Assembly (NCBI GenBank): GCA_050251945.1 | Contig: JBFWLW010000002.1 | Span: forward strand, 192,001-256,000 | DNA length: 64,000 nucleotides | Source of the DNA: Deferribacterales bacterium | Lineage (GTDB): Bacteria; Chrysiogenota; Deferribacteres; Deferribacterales; Geovibrionaceae | Direction: 5' to 3' | Part shown: piece by piece, positions 50,759-61,408 of the stretch | How the letters are laid out: each line of letters begins with the position of its first letter | Numbering within the stretch: position 1 is the stretch's first letter | Made by a program: the position numbers and the translations under genes | The notes under the pieces: generated by a model | The model's database searches: none | The model's input: only the letters and a program-made list of their open reading frames with translations | Told to the model about the DNA's origin: nothing

Positions 50759-51319
50759 TTAGATATTCCTATTATTATAAGCGTTCATCGCTTTTAAAAG
50801 CCCGTCTTTAACTATGGAAACTATAGCTTTTACACTGAAAATCATTAGTTCGTCAAGTTTTTCAGCCTCGTCCGGGGCAAACCTGCCCAGCACATGACCG
50901 ACAACCTCTTTTCGCCTGTCGTGTCCTATGCCTATTTTAACACGGGTGAAGTCCTCGGAACCCATTTGCTGAACAATTGATTTTATTCCGTTGTGCCCGC
51001 CGGAGCTGCCGCCTTTACGTATCTTGAACTTGCCGAACTCCATGTCCAGATCGTCGTGAACAACGATAATGTCCTGAACAGGTATCTTATAAAACGCGCA
51101 GAAGGGTTGGACGCTTTCACCGCTTAGGTTCATAAATGTCTGAGGTTTAAGCACGAAATGCTTTGTCCCGTCTATAAACACTTCGGTGTAGAGACCTTTG
51201 AAGCCTTCTTTGAAACTGCCGCCAAACTCTTTTACCAGCGCATCCGCCGACATAAAACCGAGGTTATGGCGTGTGCGGTCATATTTTTCGCCCGGATTGC
51301 CAAGACCTACAATCAGCAA
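50759..51319 (-). CDS. pth: Peptidyl-tRNA hydrolase
   Basis: LIVGLGNPG, TRHNLG, KPQTFMNLSG, GGHNG; probable TTG start at 51319 just after the prs stop. Confidence 0.93.
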   Translation of the reverse strand: MLIVGLGNPGEKYDRTRHNLGFMSADALVKEFGGSFKEGFKGLYTEVFIDGTKHFVLKPQTFMNLSGESVQPFCAFYKIPVQDIIVVHDDLDMEFGKFKIRKGGSSGGHNGIKSIVQQMGSEDFTRVKIGIGHDRRKEVVGHVLGRFAPDEAEKLDELMIFSVKAIVSIVKDGLLKAMNAYNNRNI

Positions 51320-51321
51320 TT

Positions 51322-52272
51322 TTATACCTGACCTGTTGCAAACAGTGAGCTGATTGATTCTTTCTGCCAGATCCTTGTTATCGCCTCCGCAAAGAGACCA
51401 GCGATGGTAAGTATCTCTATTTTGCTGACAGCTTTCTCTTTTGCAAAGGGAACGGAATCTGTCACCAGCACTCTTTCCAGCGGCGAGTTGATTATTCTTT
51501 CGATGGCGGGTCCTGAAAGGATGCCGTGGGGAGCCGCGGCTACAACGGATTTTGCGCCGTGGTCCAGACACGCCTGAGCCGCTTGAGTAAGCGTGCCTGC
51601 TGTGTCTATCATGTCATCAACGATGATGACCTTTTTGTCTTTAACGTCGCCTATCACGTTCATTGCCTGTGCAACGTTCGCTTTTTCGCGGCGTTTGTCA
51701 ACAATGGCAAGGTTTGTGTTGAGTATCTTACTGTAGGCTCTGGCTCTTGCCACACCGCCTGCATCGGGTGATACCACGATATATTCGTCCCCGGTCATTT
51801 TGTTGGCTCTGAAATATTTTTCAAAAACAGGTGAGGAATAGAGGTTATCAACGGGGATATCGAAAAAGCCCTGAATCTGTCCGGCATGAAGGTTCATCGT
51901 GACGACCCTGTCAATACCGGATTTTGTAAGAAGGTTGGCTATAAGTTTTGCAGTGATAGGCACGCGCGGTTCGCTGGTTCTGTCCTGTCTGGCGTAGCCG
52001 AAATAGGGCATTATGGCGGTAATGCTGTTTGCGGATGCACGTTTCAGCGCGTCCACCATGATCATAAGCTCAAGGAGGTTCTCCTCAGCGGGTTTACATG
52101 TGGACTGAATAACAAATACGTCACGTCCGCGGACGCTCTCGTTTATTCTGACGAATATCTCGCCGTCGCTGAATTTGCGGATATCCGCGTCGCCCAGTCT
52201 CATTCCCAGTTTGGAAACTATGTCCTGTGCCAGAGGACGGTTTGACGTCCCGGAAAAAACAAGATAGTCCAT
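51322..52272 (-). CDS. prs: Ribose-phosphate pyrophosphokinase
   Basis: FSDGE, YFGYARQDR, VDDMIDTAGT. Confidence 0.98.
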   Translation of the reverse strand: MDYLVFSGTSNRPLAQDIVSKLGMRLGDADIRKFSDGEIFVRINESVRGRDVFVIQSTCKPAEENLLELMIMVDALKRASANSITAIMPYFGYARQDRTSEPRVPITAKLIANLLTKSGIDRVVTMNLHAGQIQGFFDIPVDNLYSSPVFEKYFRANKMTGDEYIVVSPDAGGVARARAYSKILNTNLAIVDKRREKANVAQAMNVIGDVKDKKVIIVDDMIDTAGTLTQAAQACLDHGAKSVVAAAPHGILSGPAIERIINSPLERVLVTDSVPFAKEKAVSKIEILTIAGLFAEAITRIWQKESISSLFATGQV

Positions 52273-52290
52273 GTTGTGTACTCCTGAAAT

Positions 52291-53133
52291 TTATGTCAAT
52301 TTGGTTAAAAAACACTTCCAGTCCGGATTCTGTCCGGCGATGCGCTTTTCTGCCCTGAGTGCGCAGTCAAAATCACGAAACAGTCCGAAAACGGTTGCAC
52401 CGCTTCCGCTCATAAGTGCGAAATCTGCTCCAGCCTCCTCCAGTGCCGCCTTTGCCTGCGAAACGGCAGGGTAAAAAGGCAGAACGGCGGGTTCAAGTCC
52501 GTTAAAGAGGATATCTCCGTACTGCTCAAAATTAACTATGTGCGGGATTTTATTCAGTTCCGCCCTGTCAGTCAACTGCAAATTGCCCGATGAGAAAACT
52601 TGCGCCGTCGATACATGCACAGAAGGGTTCACCAGAAGCACGAAAGCAGGCGGCAGAATACCCCACGGAGTCAGTATCTCTCCGCGTCCCGTGCCCACCA
52701 TCGGTGTACCATGCAGGAAAAATGCCGTGTCCGAACCAACGCGAGCCATAACGTCCGTCTTTACAGACATAGGCATGTCAGTTCCCGTGAGCTGCAAAAC
52801 AGCTTTAAGATATGCCGCGGCATTTGAACTTCCGCCGCCAAGTCCGCCGCCGTCCGGTATCCTTTTTATAATGTCTACCCTGTGACAGCAGTCAATCTGA
52901 CAGTCGTTTGTCAGTATATTTTTGACCTTGCTGATAATATTGCGTTCATCTGTTGGAATGTCCGGATTGTCGCAGGTGATAGAAAACTTGTCAGCCTCTG
53001 TGACTGTAATCGTGTCAAAGATGCCTATCGGAGCGAAAAGGGTATGAAGTTCGTGAAAACCGTCTGGGCGTTTACCGAGAATATGCAGAAAAATGTTTAT
53101 CTTTCCGCAGCTTTCAACGGTCACACTGTTCAT
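52291..53133 (-). CDS. ispE: 4-diphosphocytidyl-2-C-methyl-D-erythritol kinase
   Basis: KINIFLHI, IPDGGGLGGGSSNAA, MSGSGAT. Confidence 0.96.
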   Translation of the reverse strand: MNSVTVESCGKINIFLHILGKRPDGFHELHTLFAPIGIFDTITVTEADKFSITCDNPDIPTDERNIISKVKNILTNDCQIDCCHRVDIIKRIPDGGGLGGGSSNAAAYLKAVLQLTGTDMPMSVKTDVMARVGSDTAFFLHGTPMVGTGRGEILTPWGILPPAFVLLVNPSVHVSTAQVFSSGNLQLTDRAELNKIPHIVNFEQYGDILFNGLEPAVLPFYPAVSQAKAALEEAGADFALMSGSGATVFGLFRDFDCALRAEKRIAGQNPDWKCFLTKLT

Positions 53134-53732
53134 TGCAGTTTTATGTAAACCGACTGCTTGGGGGTAACGTATTCCAGCTCCTCCGCGCGTCCGTCGCTGT
53201 ATTTGTATGTGTAAGTTCCCTCTGGTGTTTTGATGGTCTTTATCAGATAATCCGCTCCGGCGGTGACCTCATAGCTGCCTTTGGTGAGAAGATAATCGCC
53301 GTTTTTGAGAGAAATTTTGAAAGAATCATCAACGTTGATATACGGATAGCGGATAAGTTCCACCATACTTTCAAGGTTTTTCTGCTTCATTATGTACTGC
53401 GCCAGAAGGGTAACGTCTCCGGTTCCGTCAACAGCAGAGATTTTACCGTCCCTGTAGTCCACCTTTGCGATAGTTATCCCCAGCGGTCCCAGCATCGTGA
53501 GCGTGAAATCGTTACTGCACTGTTTGTCCAGATAACCTTTCAGCCGGATGTCCTGCTCTTTATAAAGGTATCGCACGACAACCTTGCCCTTGTATTCACA
53601 GACTACCCTGTTGGCATCCTCTATCTTACGGAGTGCATCGGGAGGAATATGGGTGACAAGCGGCTTAACTGCGCACGCCGATGTTATAAGAAGAGCCAGC
53701 AGAAAAAGACTAATTCTCTTTAATGATATCAT
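53130..53732 (-). CDS. Lipoprotein in the lolB syntenic position (LolB-like)
   Basis: Lipobox ITSAC; MLGPLGITIA strand; TPR-X-ispE-prs order. Confidence 0.6.
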   Translation of the reverse strand: MISLKRISLFLLALLITSACAVKPLVTHIPPDALRKIEDANRVVCEYKGKVVVRYLYKEQDIRLKGYLDKQCSNDFTLTMLGPLGITIAKVDYRDGKISAVDGTGDVTLLAQYIMKQKNLESMVELIRYPYINVDDSFKISLKNGDYLLTKGSYEVTAGADYLIKTIKTPEGTYTYKYSDGRAEELEYVTPKQSVYIKLQ

Positions 53733-55305
53733 CTACGCTTTTCTTGATACCGAGTTTTTTCATTATCGCCTTCATGTGGGAAACGATCTCTTCTTCATCG
53801 GGAGCCTTTTTAACGGCTCTTTTCTGATAGGTGAGAGCTTCCTTATATTTGCCCTGTTTGTAAAGTATCCAGCCGAGGCTGTCCAGATATGCCGCCTCTT
53901 CCGGTTTTTTCTCCAGAGCTTTGCGGATGAGCTTTTCGCCCTCTTTCAGGTTGGTGCCCATCTCTGCGTACATATACCCGAGAAAATTCAGAAACGATTC
54001 GTTGTCGGGGTAATGGACAAGTCCCTCTTTTATAGTAGCGACAGCCTTATCTCTCTGTTTCTGTTCATCGTACATAACTGCGAGATCAAGTCTGAGTTTG
54101 ATATCCTTATCATTTTCCGCCAGAGCACCCACAAGCACTTTCTCCGCCGAAACGTAATCCTGTTTCTGGATATACGCTTCCGCCGTTATGCGGTAAAAAT
54201 CCACATCTTTGTACAATTTATCAATACCTTCAAGAACCTTGATAGCTCTGTCGGGTTCTTTATCGCGGATGTATATCACGGCGAGGCGCTTTCTGGCATC
54301 GGCAAAATCAGGACGCTTCGTGAGCAGCACGTTATACGCCGCCTCCGCTTCCGTATCCATCTTTGCTGCTTCCGCCATCAGAGCCATGGAATATCCTGTC
54401 TGTGTGTCGCCGTCTATCTCGTAAGCTCTTCTGAAGTAATCGTAGGCTCTGTCGTATTTCCCTGCACTGTAGCTGAGCGAACCGAGCTGTTTCAGAACGT
54501 ACAGCTTTTCGTTCCCCTGAAGATTTTCAAGGATGCTTTCGTAAAGGGGATATGCGTCGCCCTCTTTCCCCTGTTTTTTCAGTATCTCCGCCAGCCTGAA
54601 CTGCGCGATGATATTTCCGGGGTTGGTTTCAATGACCATTTTAAGGTATTTAACGGCGTTGGCGGTATCGTTCTGACCAAGGTAATAGTCAGCCAGTCTT
54701 GACGCGGCAATGAAGTTTCCGTCCATGTCCGCGGCAGTCTGATAGTCCGTAAGAGCCTCTTTATCAAGTCCCAGCATGGCATACATCTTCGCCCTGCCGA
54801 CGTAGTATTCCGATTTTTTCTCAGTGGCTATAAGCTGGTTATAAGCGCTGATAGCGCTATTGAAATCGCGCATTTCCTCATAAGCGTCGGCAAGCGATTC
54901 AATGTACTTGCCATCGTTTGAAAGTTCATACGCTTTTTTATACATCTCCACAGCTTTTGGCATATTCTCCCTGTTCATGCGGTAGATGTCGCCCATCAGA
55001 CCGACAAGCTCAACCGAATCGGGGTTGTGTTTCAGCCCCTTCTCAACAGTAAGTTTTACTGCCTGAATGTCGTTGAGTTTTATGTAAGTCTGCGCAAGCT
55101 TGATGTAAACGTATGCGCTGTCGGTATTCTCCAGAAGCTGTTCATAAAGTTCGGCAGCATCTTCGTACTGCCCCTCGTTATCATACAGCGAGGCGCGCAT
55201 GTACAGCGAATCCAATGGATAGTCCGCGGTGCTGGTATCTGCCGAAGACATTATGCTCGTCAGAAAAAGCCCCGCCAGTATGATAATGAGTTTATTTCGC
55301 ATCAA
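53710..55305 (-). CDS. Exported TPR protein
   Basis: Multiple TPRs; [24 protein letters not shown]. Confidence 0.9.
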   Translation of the reverse strand: MMRNKLIIILAGLFLTSIMSSADTSTADYPLDSLYMRASLYDNEGQYEDAAELYEQLLENTDSAYVYIKLAQTYIKLNDIQAVKLTVEKGLKHNPDSVELVGLMGDIYRMNRENMPKAVEMYKKAYELSNDGKYIESLADAYEEMRDFNSAISAYNQLIATEKKSEYYVGRAKMYAMLGLDKEALTDYQTAADMDGNFIAASRLADYYLGQNDTANAVKYLKMVIETNPGNIIAQFRLAEILKKQGKEGDAYPLYESILENLQGNEKLYVLKQLGSLSYSAGKYDRAYDYFRRAYEIDGDTQTGYSMALMAEAAKMDTEAEAAYNVLLTKRPDFADARKRLAVIYIRDKEPDRAIKVLEGIDKLYKDVDFYRITAEAYIQKQDYVSAEKVLVGALAENDKDIKLRLDLAVMYDEQKQRDKAVATIKEGLVHYPDNESFLNFLGYMYAEMGTNLKEGEKLIRKALEKKPEEAAYLDSLGWILYKQGKYKEALTYQKRAVKKAPDEEEIVSHMKAIMKKLGIKKSVDDIIKEN

Positions 55306-56636
55306 AAATACCTTTCAATAAATGCCGTGCTTATTTCGCCTTTTATGAACGCATGATGATCGAGTATCCTTTTGTGGAGTGGAATCGTGGTCTTGATGCC
55401 CTCGACAACAAACTCGTCCAGCGCTCTTTTCATTCTTGCTATCGCCATTTCCCTGTTCTTTCCGAATACGATAAGCTTAGCTATCATACTGTCGTAATAG
55501 GGAAGGACGGTATAGCCGTCATAACATGCGGAGTCCACTCTGGTTCCGAATCCGCCGGGGGTGTTGTATCCAGTGATGGTACCCGGACAGGGACGGAAAG
55601 TTTCGGGGTCTTCCGCATTTATCCTGCATTCTATGGCATGACCGACGATTCTGATGTCTTCCTGATTCAGATCAAGGGGTTCGCCTGCGGCTATCCTGAG
55701 CTGAAGCTGAAGAAGGTCGATGTTGGTCATCATCTCCGTAACAGGGTGTTCAACCTGAATACGGGTGTTCATCTCCATAAAATAGAAGTTTTCATATTTA
55801 TCCACAAGGTATTCTATTGTTCCGGCGTTCTCATATTTGAGTGCCTCGACAGCTCTGATGGACGTATCGCCCATTTTTTTTCTTGTGGCTTCGCTGATAC
55901 CCGTGCTGGGTGCTTCTTCCAGAAGCTTCTGGTGACGACGCTGTATGGAACACTCCCTCTCGAAAAAGTGGAGTCCCTTTCCTTTTCCGTCTCCGAAGAC
56001 CTGAATCTCAACGTGTCTGGGTTCCTCTATGTATTTTTCGATATACACTTCGTCGGAACCAAAAGCGTTTGCACCTTCCGAGCGCGCCATCTCAAATGCA
56101 TTGAGAAAGCTCATTTCGTTGTGGGCAACGCGCATGCCTTTTCCGCCGCCGCCTGCCGCAGCCTTGATTATGACAGGGAAACCTATCTGTTTCGCTATCT
56201 CAAGACCCGTTTTAACATCCTCAACGGAACCGTCGCTTCCGGGAACAACAGGCACGCCGAAGTTCCTCATCGCGTCCTTTGCCGCAGACTTGTTACCCAT
56301 CATTGCGATGTGTTTCGAGCTGGGACCTATGAATTTGAATCCACTCTCCTCGCAGATAGAGGCAAAGTCCTCGTTTTCCGCAAGGAAACCGTATCCGGGG
56401 TGAATAGCGTCCGCATCGGCTATCTCAGCCGCCGCCATGATACTCTTCACATTCAGATAGCTTGCTCTGGACTGAGCCGGTCCTATGCATACAGCCTCGT
56501 CCGCCATAGCGACGTGGAGACTGTCGCGGTCGACGTCCGAATAGACGGCAACCGTTTTGACACCCAGTTCCTTACACGCTCTGATTATTCTGAGGGCGAT
56601 CTCGCCCCTGTTTGCTATCAGTACTTTATTGAACAT
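55302..56636 (-). CDS. accC: Biotin carboxylase
   Basis: [27 protein letters not shown]. Confidence 0.97.
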   Translation of the reverse strand: MFNKVLIANRGEIALRIIRACKELGVKTVAVYSDVDRDSLHVAMADEAVCIGPAQSRASYLNVKSIMAAAEIADADAIHPGYGFLAENEDFASICEESGFKFIGPSSKHIAMMGNKSAAKDAMRNFGVPVVPGSDGSVEDVKTGLEIAKQIGFPVIIKAAAGGGGKGMRVAHNEMSFLNAFEMARSEGANAFGSDEVYIEKYIEEPRHVEIQVFGDGKGKGLHFFERECSIQRRHQKLLEEAPSTGISEATRKKMGDTSIRAVEALKYENAGTIEYLVDKYENFYFMEMNTRIQVEHPVTEMMTNIDLLQLQLRIAAGEPLDLNQEDIRIVGHAIECRINAEDPETFRPCPGTITGYNTPGGFGTRVDSACYDGYTVLPYYDSMIAKLIVFGKNREMAIARMKRALDEFVVEGIKTTIPLHKRILDHHAFIKGEISTAFIERYF

Positions 56637-56645
56637 GACACGCCC

Positions 56646-57116
56646 TTATATGGGTTCGACTATGAATATCGTCTCTCCGTATTCTACGGGTTTTCCGTTC
56701 ATAACGACTCTTTTTTTGATGATGCAGTCAAATTCTGCTTCGATCTCGTTCATAATTTTCATTGCTTCAACGATGCAAAGCGTCTGTCCCGCTCTGACAG
56801 TGTCGCCTTCCGTAACAAACGGAGCCGCGCCGGGTGACGGAGCTTCGTACAGTGTTCCTACTATAGGTGATTTTACCTCAGTGCCGACAACTGCGGGCGC
56901 CGAAGGAGCAGCAGCCGCAACAGCGGCAGCGGGTGCAGGAGCGACGGCATATTGTGCCGGTGCCGCATACTGCATCTGGGGCATCCCCTGAATTATCTGG
57001 GGAGCGTCTCCGGTTTTGGATATGTAAATACTCTCTTTTTCGTTTTCATACTCGAATTCTTTGATATCCGACTTTTCAATAAAACGGATCAGTTCTTTGA
57101 TCTCTTTGATGTCCAT
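56646..57116 (-). CDS. accB: Biotin carboxyl carrier protein
   Basis: EAMK motif, Ala/Pro linker. Confidence 0.97.
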   Translation of the reverse strand: MDIKEIKELIRFIEKSDIKEFEYENEKESIYISKTGDAPQIIQGMPQMQYAAPAQYAVAPAPAAAVAAAAPSAPAVVGTEVKSPIVGTLYEAPSPGAAPFVTEGDTVRAGQTLCIVEAMKIMNEIEAEFDCIIKKRVVMNGKPVEYGETIFIVEPI

Positions 57117-57128
57117 CTTACACCCTCC

Positions 57129-57704
57129 TTATTTGGCGGTTCTGACTCTTTCCATGTATATCTGTTCTCTCGTGTCAATTTTAAGCACGTCGCCTTTGTT
57201 GATGAACAGAGGTACGTTAACAGTACCGCCTGTACTCACGGTTGCGGGTTTTGAACCGCCGCTGACAGTGTCACCCTTAAGACCGGGATCTGTCTCAACC
57301 ACTTCAAGCTCAACGAAGTTAGGCAGGTCGATGCCGATGGGCTGACCGTTGAAAATCTGTACGCCGACATGGATGTTTTCAGGCATGAAAAGCGCACTGT
57401 CGCCCACACTGTCGGAAGGAATCTCTATCTGCTCAAAGCTCTCGTTGTCCATGAAATAGTGTTTTTCGCCGTCGCTATAGAGAAACTGCATCTCCTTCTC
57501 TTCAAAATCAGGCTGTTTGATCTTTTCGTCTGATTTGAAGGTTCTTTCGATGACGGCTCCGGTGCGAAGGCTTTTCACTTTCGTACGGACGTTTGCACCG
57601 CCTCTTCCGCATTTAATATGAAGATACTCGACAACTGCATAGGGTTCACCGTCGAGTTCAATTTTCGCTCCTCTTTTGAACTGGTTGGGAGTGATAACGC
57701 TCAT
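57129..57704 (-). CDS. efp: Elongation factor P
   Basis: HIKCGRGGA, MQFLY, GLKGDT, VPLFI...IDTR; start at MSVIT. Confidence 0.95.
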   Translation of the reverse strand: MSVITPNQFKRGAKIELDGEPYAVVEYLHIKCGRGGANVRTKVKSLRTGAVIERTFKSDEKIKQPDFEEKEMQFLYSDGEKHYFMDNESFEQIEIPSDSVGDSALFMPENIHVGVQIFNGQPIGIDLPNFVELEVVETDPGLKGDTVSGGSKPATVSTGGTVNVPLFINKGDVLKIDTREQIYMERVRTAK

Positions 57705-57711
57705 AAACACC

Positions 57712-58770
57712 TCATAATATGTTCTTATAGATATATCTGTCAAAAACCGCTGTAAGGTTCTCGCATCCGTTCTCTGTGACCAGTACCGTATCTTCCAGTC
57801 TTACGCCGAAATTTTCAGGAAGATAGATGCCCGGCTCTATGGTCACGACCATACCCGCCTTAAGGACGGTGTCGTCACGCCTGTTAAGGCTTGGTCTCTC
57901 GTGTACATCTATACCCACGCCGTGTCCGAGGCTGTGGTTGAAAAATTTGCCGTAGCCTTTGGATTCTATATACTCTCTCGCGACAGCGTCGGCTTCGCTC
58001 GCCTTAACGCCCTCTTTAACAAATTCAGAAGCTTTTTTCAATGAGGTATAAACGATATCCGCTATTTTTTCAGCTTCCGCGTTTTCACCGGCTATGACAA
58101 GCCGTGTCACGTCGCTGCAATAGTTAAGCCTGCATCCGTAGTCAAGCACCACGGGGTCGTTAAGTTCGACTTTTTTGCGAGTGGCTATTCCGTGTGGAAG
58201 AGCGCCTCTGGCACCTGATGCCGCGATCGTGTCAAACGACGTGGTTCTGGCACCCGCAAGCTTCATCTGTTTTTCAAGTTCCGCCGCCCAGTGGTTTTCC
58301 GTATTGCCCGCGACGAACACAGGCAGTGCGTTCACAAAGCCTTCGTATGCGGCGCGGTACATGTCCTTTATCTGTGATATCTCGTCTGCGTCCTTAACAA
58401 TACGCAAGCCGCCTATGAGATTTTCCCTGTCTATGTCAACATCGCATCCGGCACCGATGAGCGTTTCATACTCAAGCAGCCCGCAGGAATAGGTCACATG
58501 CACCTTTTTATACTGTGCAGCCTGCGCCGCGGCAGATTCCTGATAACTGTTTACGATTATACTGTCAATTCCTTTGTAAAGCTCCGATCTTATCTGCTGT
58601 TCATATCTTCCGTCGGTCATGAAGAATGCGCAACATCTGTCAACGAACAGCATCGCAGTGCTTCCGGTGAATCCGGTAAGGTAGAAGATGTCAGAAAGTG
58701 AGCTGACGAACAGGCAGTCGATACCGCTCTTTTCCATCAGCTTTTGAAGTTCAGCTATTCTGCCTGTCAA
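57712..58770 (-). CDS. Xaa-Pro aminopeptidase (M24)
   Basis: [31 protein letters not shown]. Confidence 0.93.
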   Translation of the reverse strand: MTGRIAELQKLMEKSGIDCLFVSSLSDIFYLTGFTGSTAMLFVDRCCAFFMTDGRYEQQIRSELYKGIDSIIVNSYQESAAAQAAQYKKVHVTYSCGLLEYETLIGAGCDVDIDRENLIGGLRIVKDADEISQIKDMYRAAYEGFVNALPVFVAGNTENHWAAELEKQMKLAGARTTSFDTIAASGARGALPHGIATRKKVELNDPVVLDYGCRLNYCSDVTRLVIAGENAEAEKIADIVYTSLKKASEFVKEGVKASEADAVAREYIESKGYGKFFNHSLGHGVGIDVHERPSLNRRDDTVLKAGMVVTIEPGIYLPENFGVRLEDTVLVTENGCENLTAVFDRYIYKNIL

Positions 58771-59189
58771 GCAAGCTCTCCGATAAAATAATCAAGGGCA
58801 AGCATGTACGACTGTGCGCCAAAACCTGCTATAACACCCTTTGCAATGTCCGAAAGGTACGACGAATGCCTGAAATCCTCCCGGGCATGAACGTTTGATA
58901 GATGCACTTCTATAAACGGAATACACACCGACAGAAACGCATCGCGGATGGCAATGCTTGTGTGGGTATAGGCTCCGGCGTTTATAATTATTCCGTTCGC
59001 GTCGGTTCTCTGTATCATATCAATGATGTCGCCTTCATGGTTGGACTGAAAGAATTCCAGTTCGCACCTGCCGTCCGCTCTCTGCTTCATGCCTTCGCAT
59101 ATGGAATCAAGAGTTGCATCGCCGTATATACTCTTTTCCCTGCGACCCAGCATGTTAAGGTTAGGACCGTTAACAACAAGGATCTTCAT
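58767..59189 (-). CDS. aroQ: Type II 3-dehydroquinate dehydratase
   Basis: [30 protein letters not shown]. Confidence 0.97.
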   Translation of the reverse strand: MKILVVNGPNLNMLGRREKSIYGDATLDSICEGMKQRADGRCELEFFQSNHEGDIIDMIQRTDANGIIINAGAYTHTSIAIRDAFLSVCIPFIEVHLSNVHAREDFRHSSYLSDIAKGVIAGFGAQSYMLALDYFIGELA

Positions 59190-59275
59190 CAGTTTCTCCC
59201 GTAAGATAATTCAGCTATTATATCAATTAGTACCGTCAAATCCAGCTATATAATAGTAACAGCTTACGTTTCAGC

Positions 59276-61348
59276 TTATTTTGAGTTATTTTTTATAAGT
59301 TCCAATAAGTTTTCAAGCTTGTTCACTTGTTCATATGTCTCATCGTCTAGTTGTTCCGGGTCATATGTGAAGTCTTCAGTATCCATATCATCTGAATTAG
59401 TGTTCACATATTCATCAGAATCGGTTTTTTTATCGCGCTCCTCAATTTCGTTCAGGGCGAAAAGAGTGGCAAGCTCATCGTTGAGTTCGGTATCGCGGTT
59501 TATCTCCTGCTGTATTTCAGAGACAAGCGCAGGTTCCTGCGCAAGCACGTCCTCAGGCAGTTCAGAGTCTTCCTCAAAATCAGGTAATTCGTCAGAAGGC
59601 AGAAGTTCAACCTCCTGAACATCTATAACAGAGCGATGATCGCCGCCGTGGAGAATTATCTCGTCCGCCGCTTCCGCAGGTTCTCCGTCTTCAGCGGCAG
59701 GTTCATCTTCCTGAATAGTTTCCTGTTCCAGAACTTCTTTCAGGGCATCGTCGATCTTTTCGTCGGTAATGACCTCATCGAGAATCTCTTCCGAAACATC
59801 CGCCTCTATAACGGATTCTTCCGGTATCTCCGCGGGTTCTTCCGCAGTTTCCGTCAAAATATCCTCAGCAACAGGCTCGTCTATGACAGCCGGTTCAGCG
59901 GCAGGTTCATTCTCTTCCTCTTGTGCAATCTCCGGCTGCTCCGTTTCAGGCAGTTCCTCAACAGCTTCGTCGCTGTCAGCCACTGCGGGTTCTTCCGCCA
60001 CGGTATCGACGTATTGCTCTTCTTCGGCAACAGTTTCAGCCTGTTCCGTTTCAACAGGCTCTTCTGTTTCAGCAGTATCCGCAACTGCGGGCTGTTTTTC
60101 TTCCGGAATAACAACTTCGGATGTGATGTCCGCAAGCTGTTCATCCGCGTCTATCTCTTCTGGTTCTTCGGCAGGTACATCTTCCATCTCTTCAACAGTT
60201 TCCGCAGATTCTGCCTGAACCGCCTGTTCCTCCTGTGCGGCAGGCGAGGGAGCTTCCATCTCCTCTCCGTCCTCTGACACAGGAACAAAATTGAACAGAT
60301 CATCTATAGATGCAAGGTGCTCGTCTGCAACCTCTTCAAAATCATCAAAATCGTCGAACACGCTCTGTCCGCTTCCGGCAGTCTCTTCCGCTGTCGCCCC
60401 GACAGTCTCTTCCGCGTGTTTCTCTTCCTCCGCAGCAAGTACAGGTTCTTCGTCTGCGAACACTTCCTCTTCGCTCTTGATGCTGTCCAGACCGAAATCA
60501 GCGGAGAGTTCCGCAGCAAGGTTGTCTATACCGCCGTCAACAGGCACGTTCTCTTCGTGTTCGCCTGCATCGGCAAAGTAACTCTGTTCCTGTTCTCTGA
60601 CAGCTTCTTTAACAGCGTCAAGGCTTTCTATATGTTCAACTCTGTCTGATACCTCAGACAGCATTTCTGATTCTATTTCACCGGAAGTATCTGCCGGACT
60701 ATCGTCCTCCGCAAACTGATCAAGACTGTTTTCGTCAAAATCGGGAGAAAGTCCGACAATATCGTCCACTGCCGATTTGACCTCGGCATCTGTAAGGTTT
60801 GGTTTTTCGGCGGCATCGCCTATTTCGTGCTTAACTTCATCCGCAAGTTCCTGACCTATAGTCTCAAGGAGTTCATCGTCCTCCATAAGCTTGCGTTCGT
60901 CCCGCAGATCGGAAAGTTCCATACCCGTCTCTGCGAGCAGTTCTTCGATAAGCTCGCGCAGTTCCGGATCTTCCGGCGCTGAAAAAAAGGCGTTTTTATA
61001 TGAAATGATGGCTTTTTTGTATTCGTTTTCACTCTGGTATATTTTTCCAAGGAGTTTTTCAGCGGCATAATTATTAGGATCCAGAACCCGTATCTCGGTC
61101 AGAAGAGCCTTCGCCTCGTCGACGCGTCCCATTCCGACATAGCACTGGGCAAGCAGAGTTTTTGCGGTGGACACTTCAGGGTTGGCATCCAGACCGCGTA
61201 TAAGCACCTGTGCAGCATCGTCAAAACGGGTAAGCTCCACATATGCCTTCGCCAGCGGAAGAAAGAGCATAGAGGCACCGTCCGCCTCCAGCTTTGCAGA
61301 AAAGTATTCTATATCGCCCAAAAGTCCGGCTTTTGTCTTATCGTCCAT
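59276..61348 (-). CDS. N-terminal TPR protein with a very long acidic disordered region
   Basis: FLPLAKAY...TPR repeats in the first ~140 aa, then ~500 aa E/D/A/P-rich, short C-terminal helix. Confidence 0.82.
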   Translation of the reverse strand: MDDKTKAGLLGDIEYFSAKLEADGASMLFLPLAKAYVELTRFDDAAQVLIRGLDANPEVSTAKTLLAQCYVGMGRVDEAKALLTEIRVLDPNNYAAEKLLGKIYQSENEYKKAIISYKNAFFSAPEDPELRELIEELLAETGMELSDLRDERKLMEDDELLETIGQELADEVKHEIGDAAEKPNLTDAEVKSAVDDIVGLSPDFDENSLDQFAEDDSPADTSGEIESEMLSEVSDRVEHIESLDAVKEAVREQEQSYFADAGEHEENVPVDGGIDNLAAELSADFGLDSIKSEEEVFADEEPVLAAEEEKHAEETVGATAEETAGSGQSVFDDFDDFEEVADEHLASIDDLFNFVPVSEDGEEMEAPSPAAQEEQAVQAESAETVEEMEDVPAEEPEEIDADEQLADITSEVVIPEEKQPAVADTAETEEPVETEQAETVAEEEQYVDTVAEEPAVADSDEAVEELPETEQPEIAQEEENEPAAEPAVIDEPVAEDILTETAEEPAEIPEESVIEADVSEEILDEVITDEKIDDALKEVLEQETIQEDEPAAEDGEPAEAADEIILHGGDHRSVIDVQEVELLPSDELPDFEEDSELPEDVLAQEPALVSEIQQEINRDTELNDELATLFALNEIEERDKKTDSDEYVNTNSDDMDTEDFTYDPEQLDDETYEQVNKLENLLELIKNNSK

Positions 61349-61408
61349 ATTGTATTATGTTACCTTGAAATGAAACAACAGTCAAAGGTTAAGACTTGGG
61401 TAGAGTTA

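Noticed and set aside
51320..51571. N-terminal extension of Pth given by the ORF track
   Set aside because: Overlaps prs in another frame; Pth homology begins at (IK)LLIVGLGNPG.
53584..54702. 372-aa plus-strand ORF
   Set aside because: Antisense to the TPR gene; F/L/I-rich composition typical of reverse-frame translation.
55353..56837. 494-aa plus-strand ORF
   Set aside because: Antisense shadow of accC/accB; no recognisable motifs.
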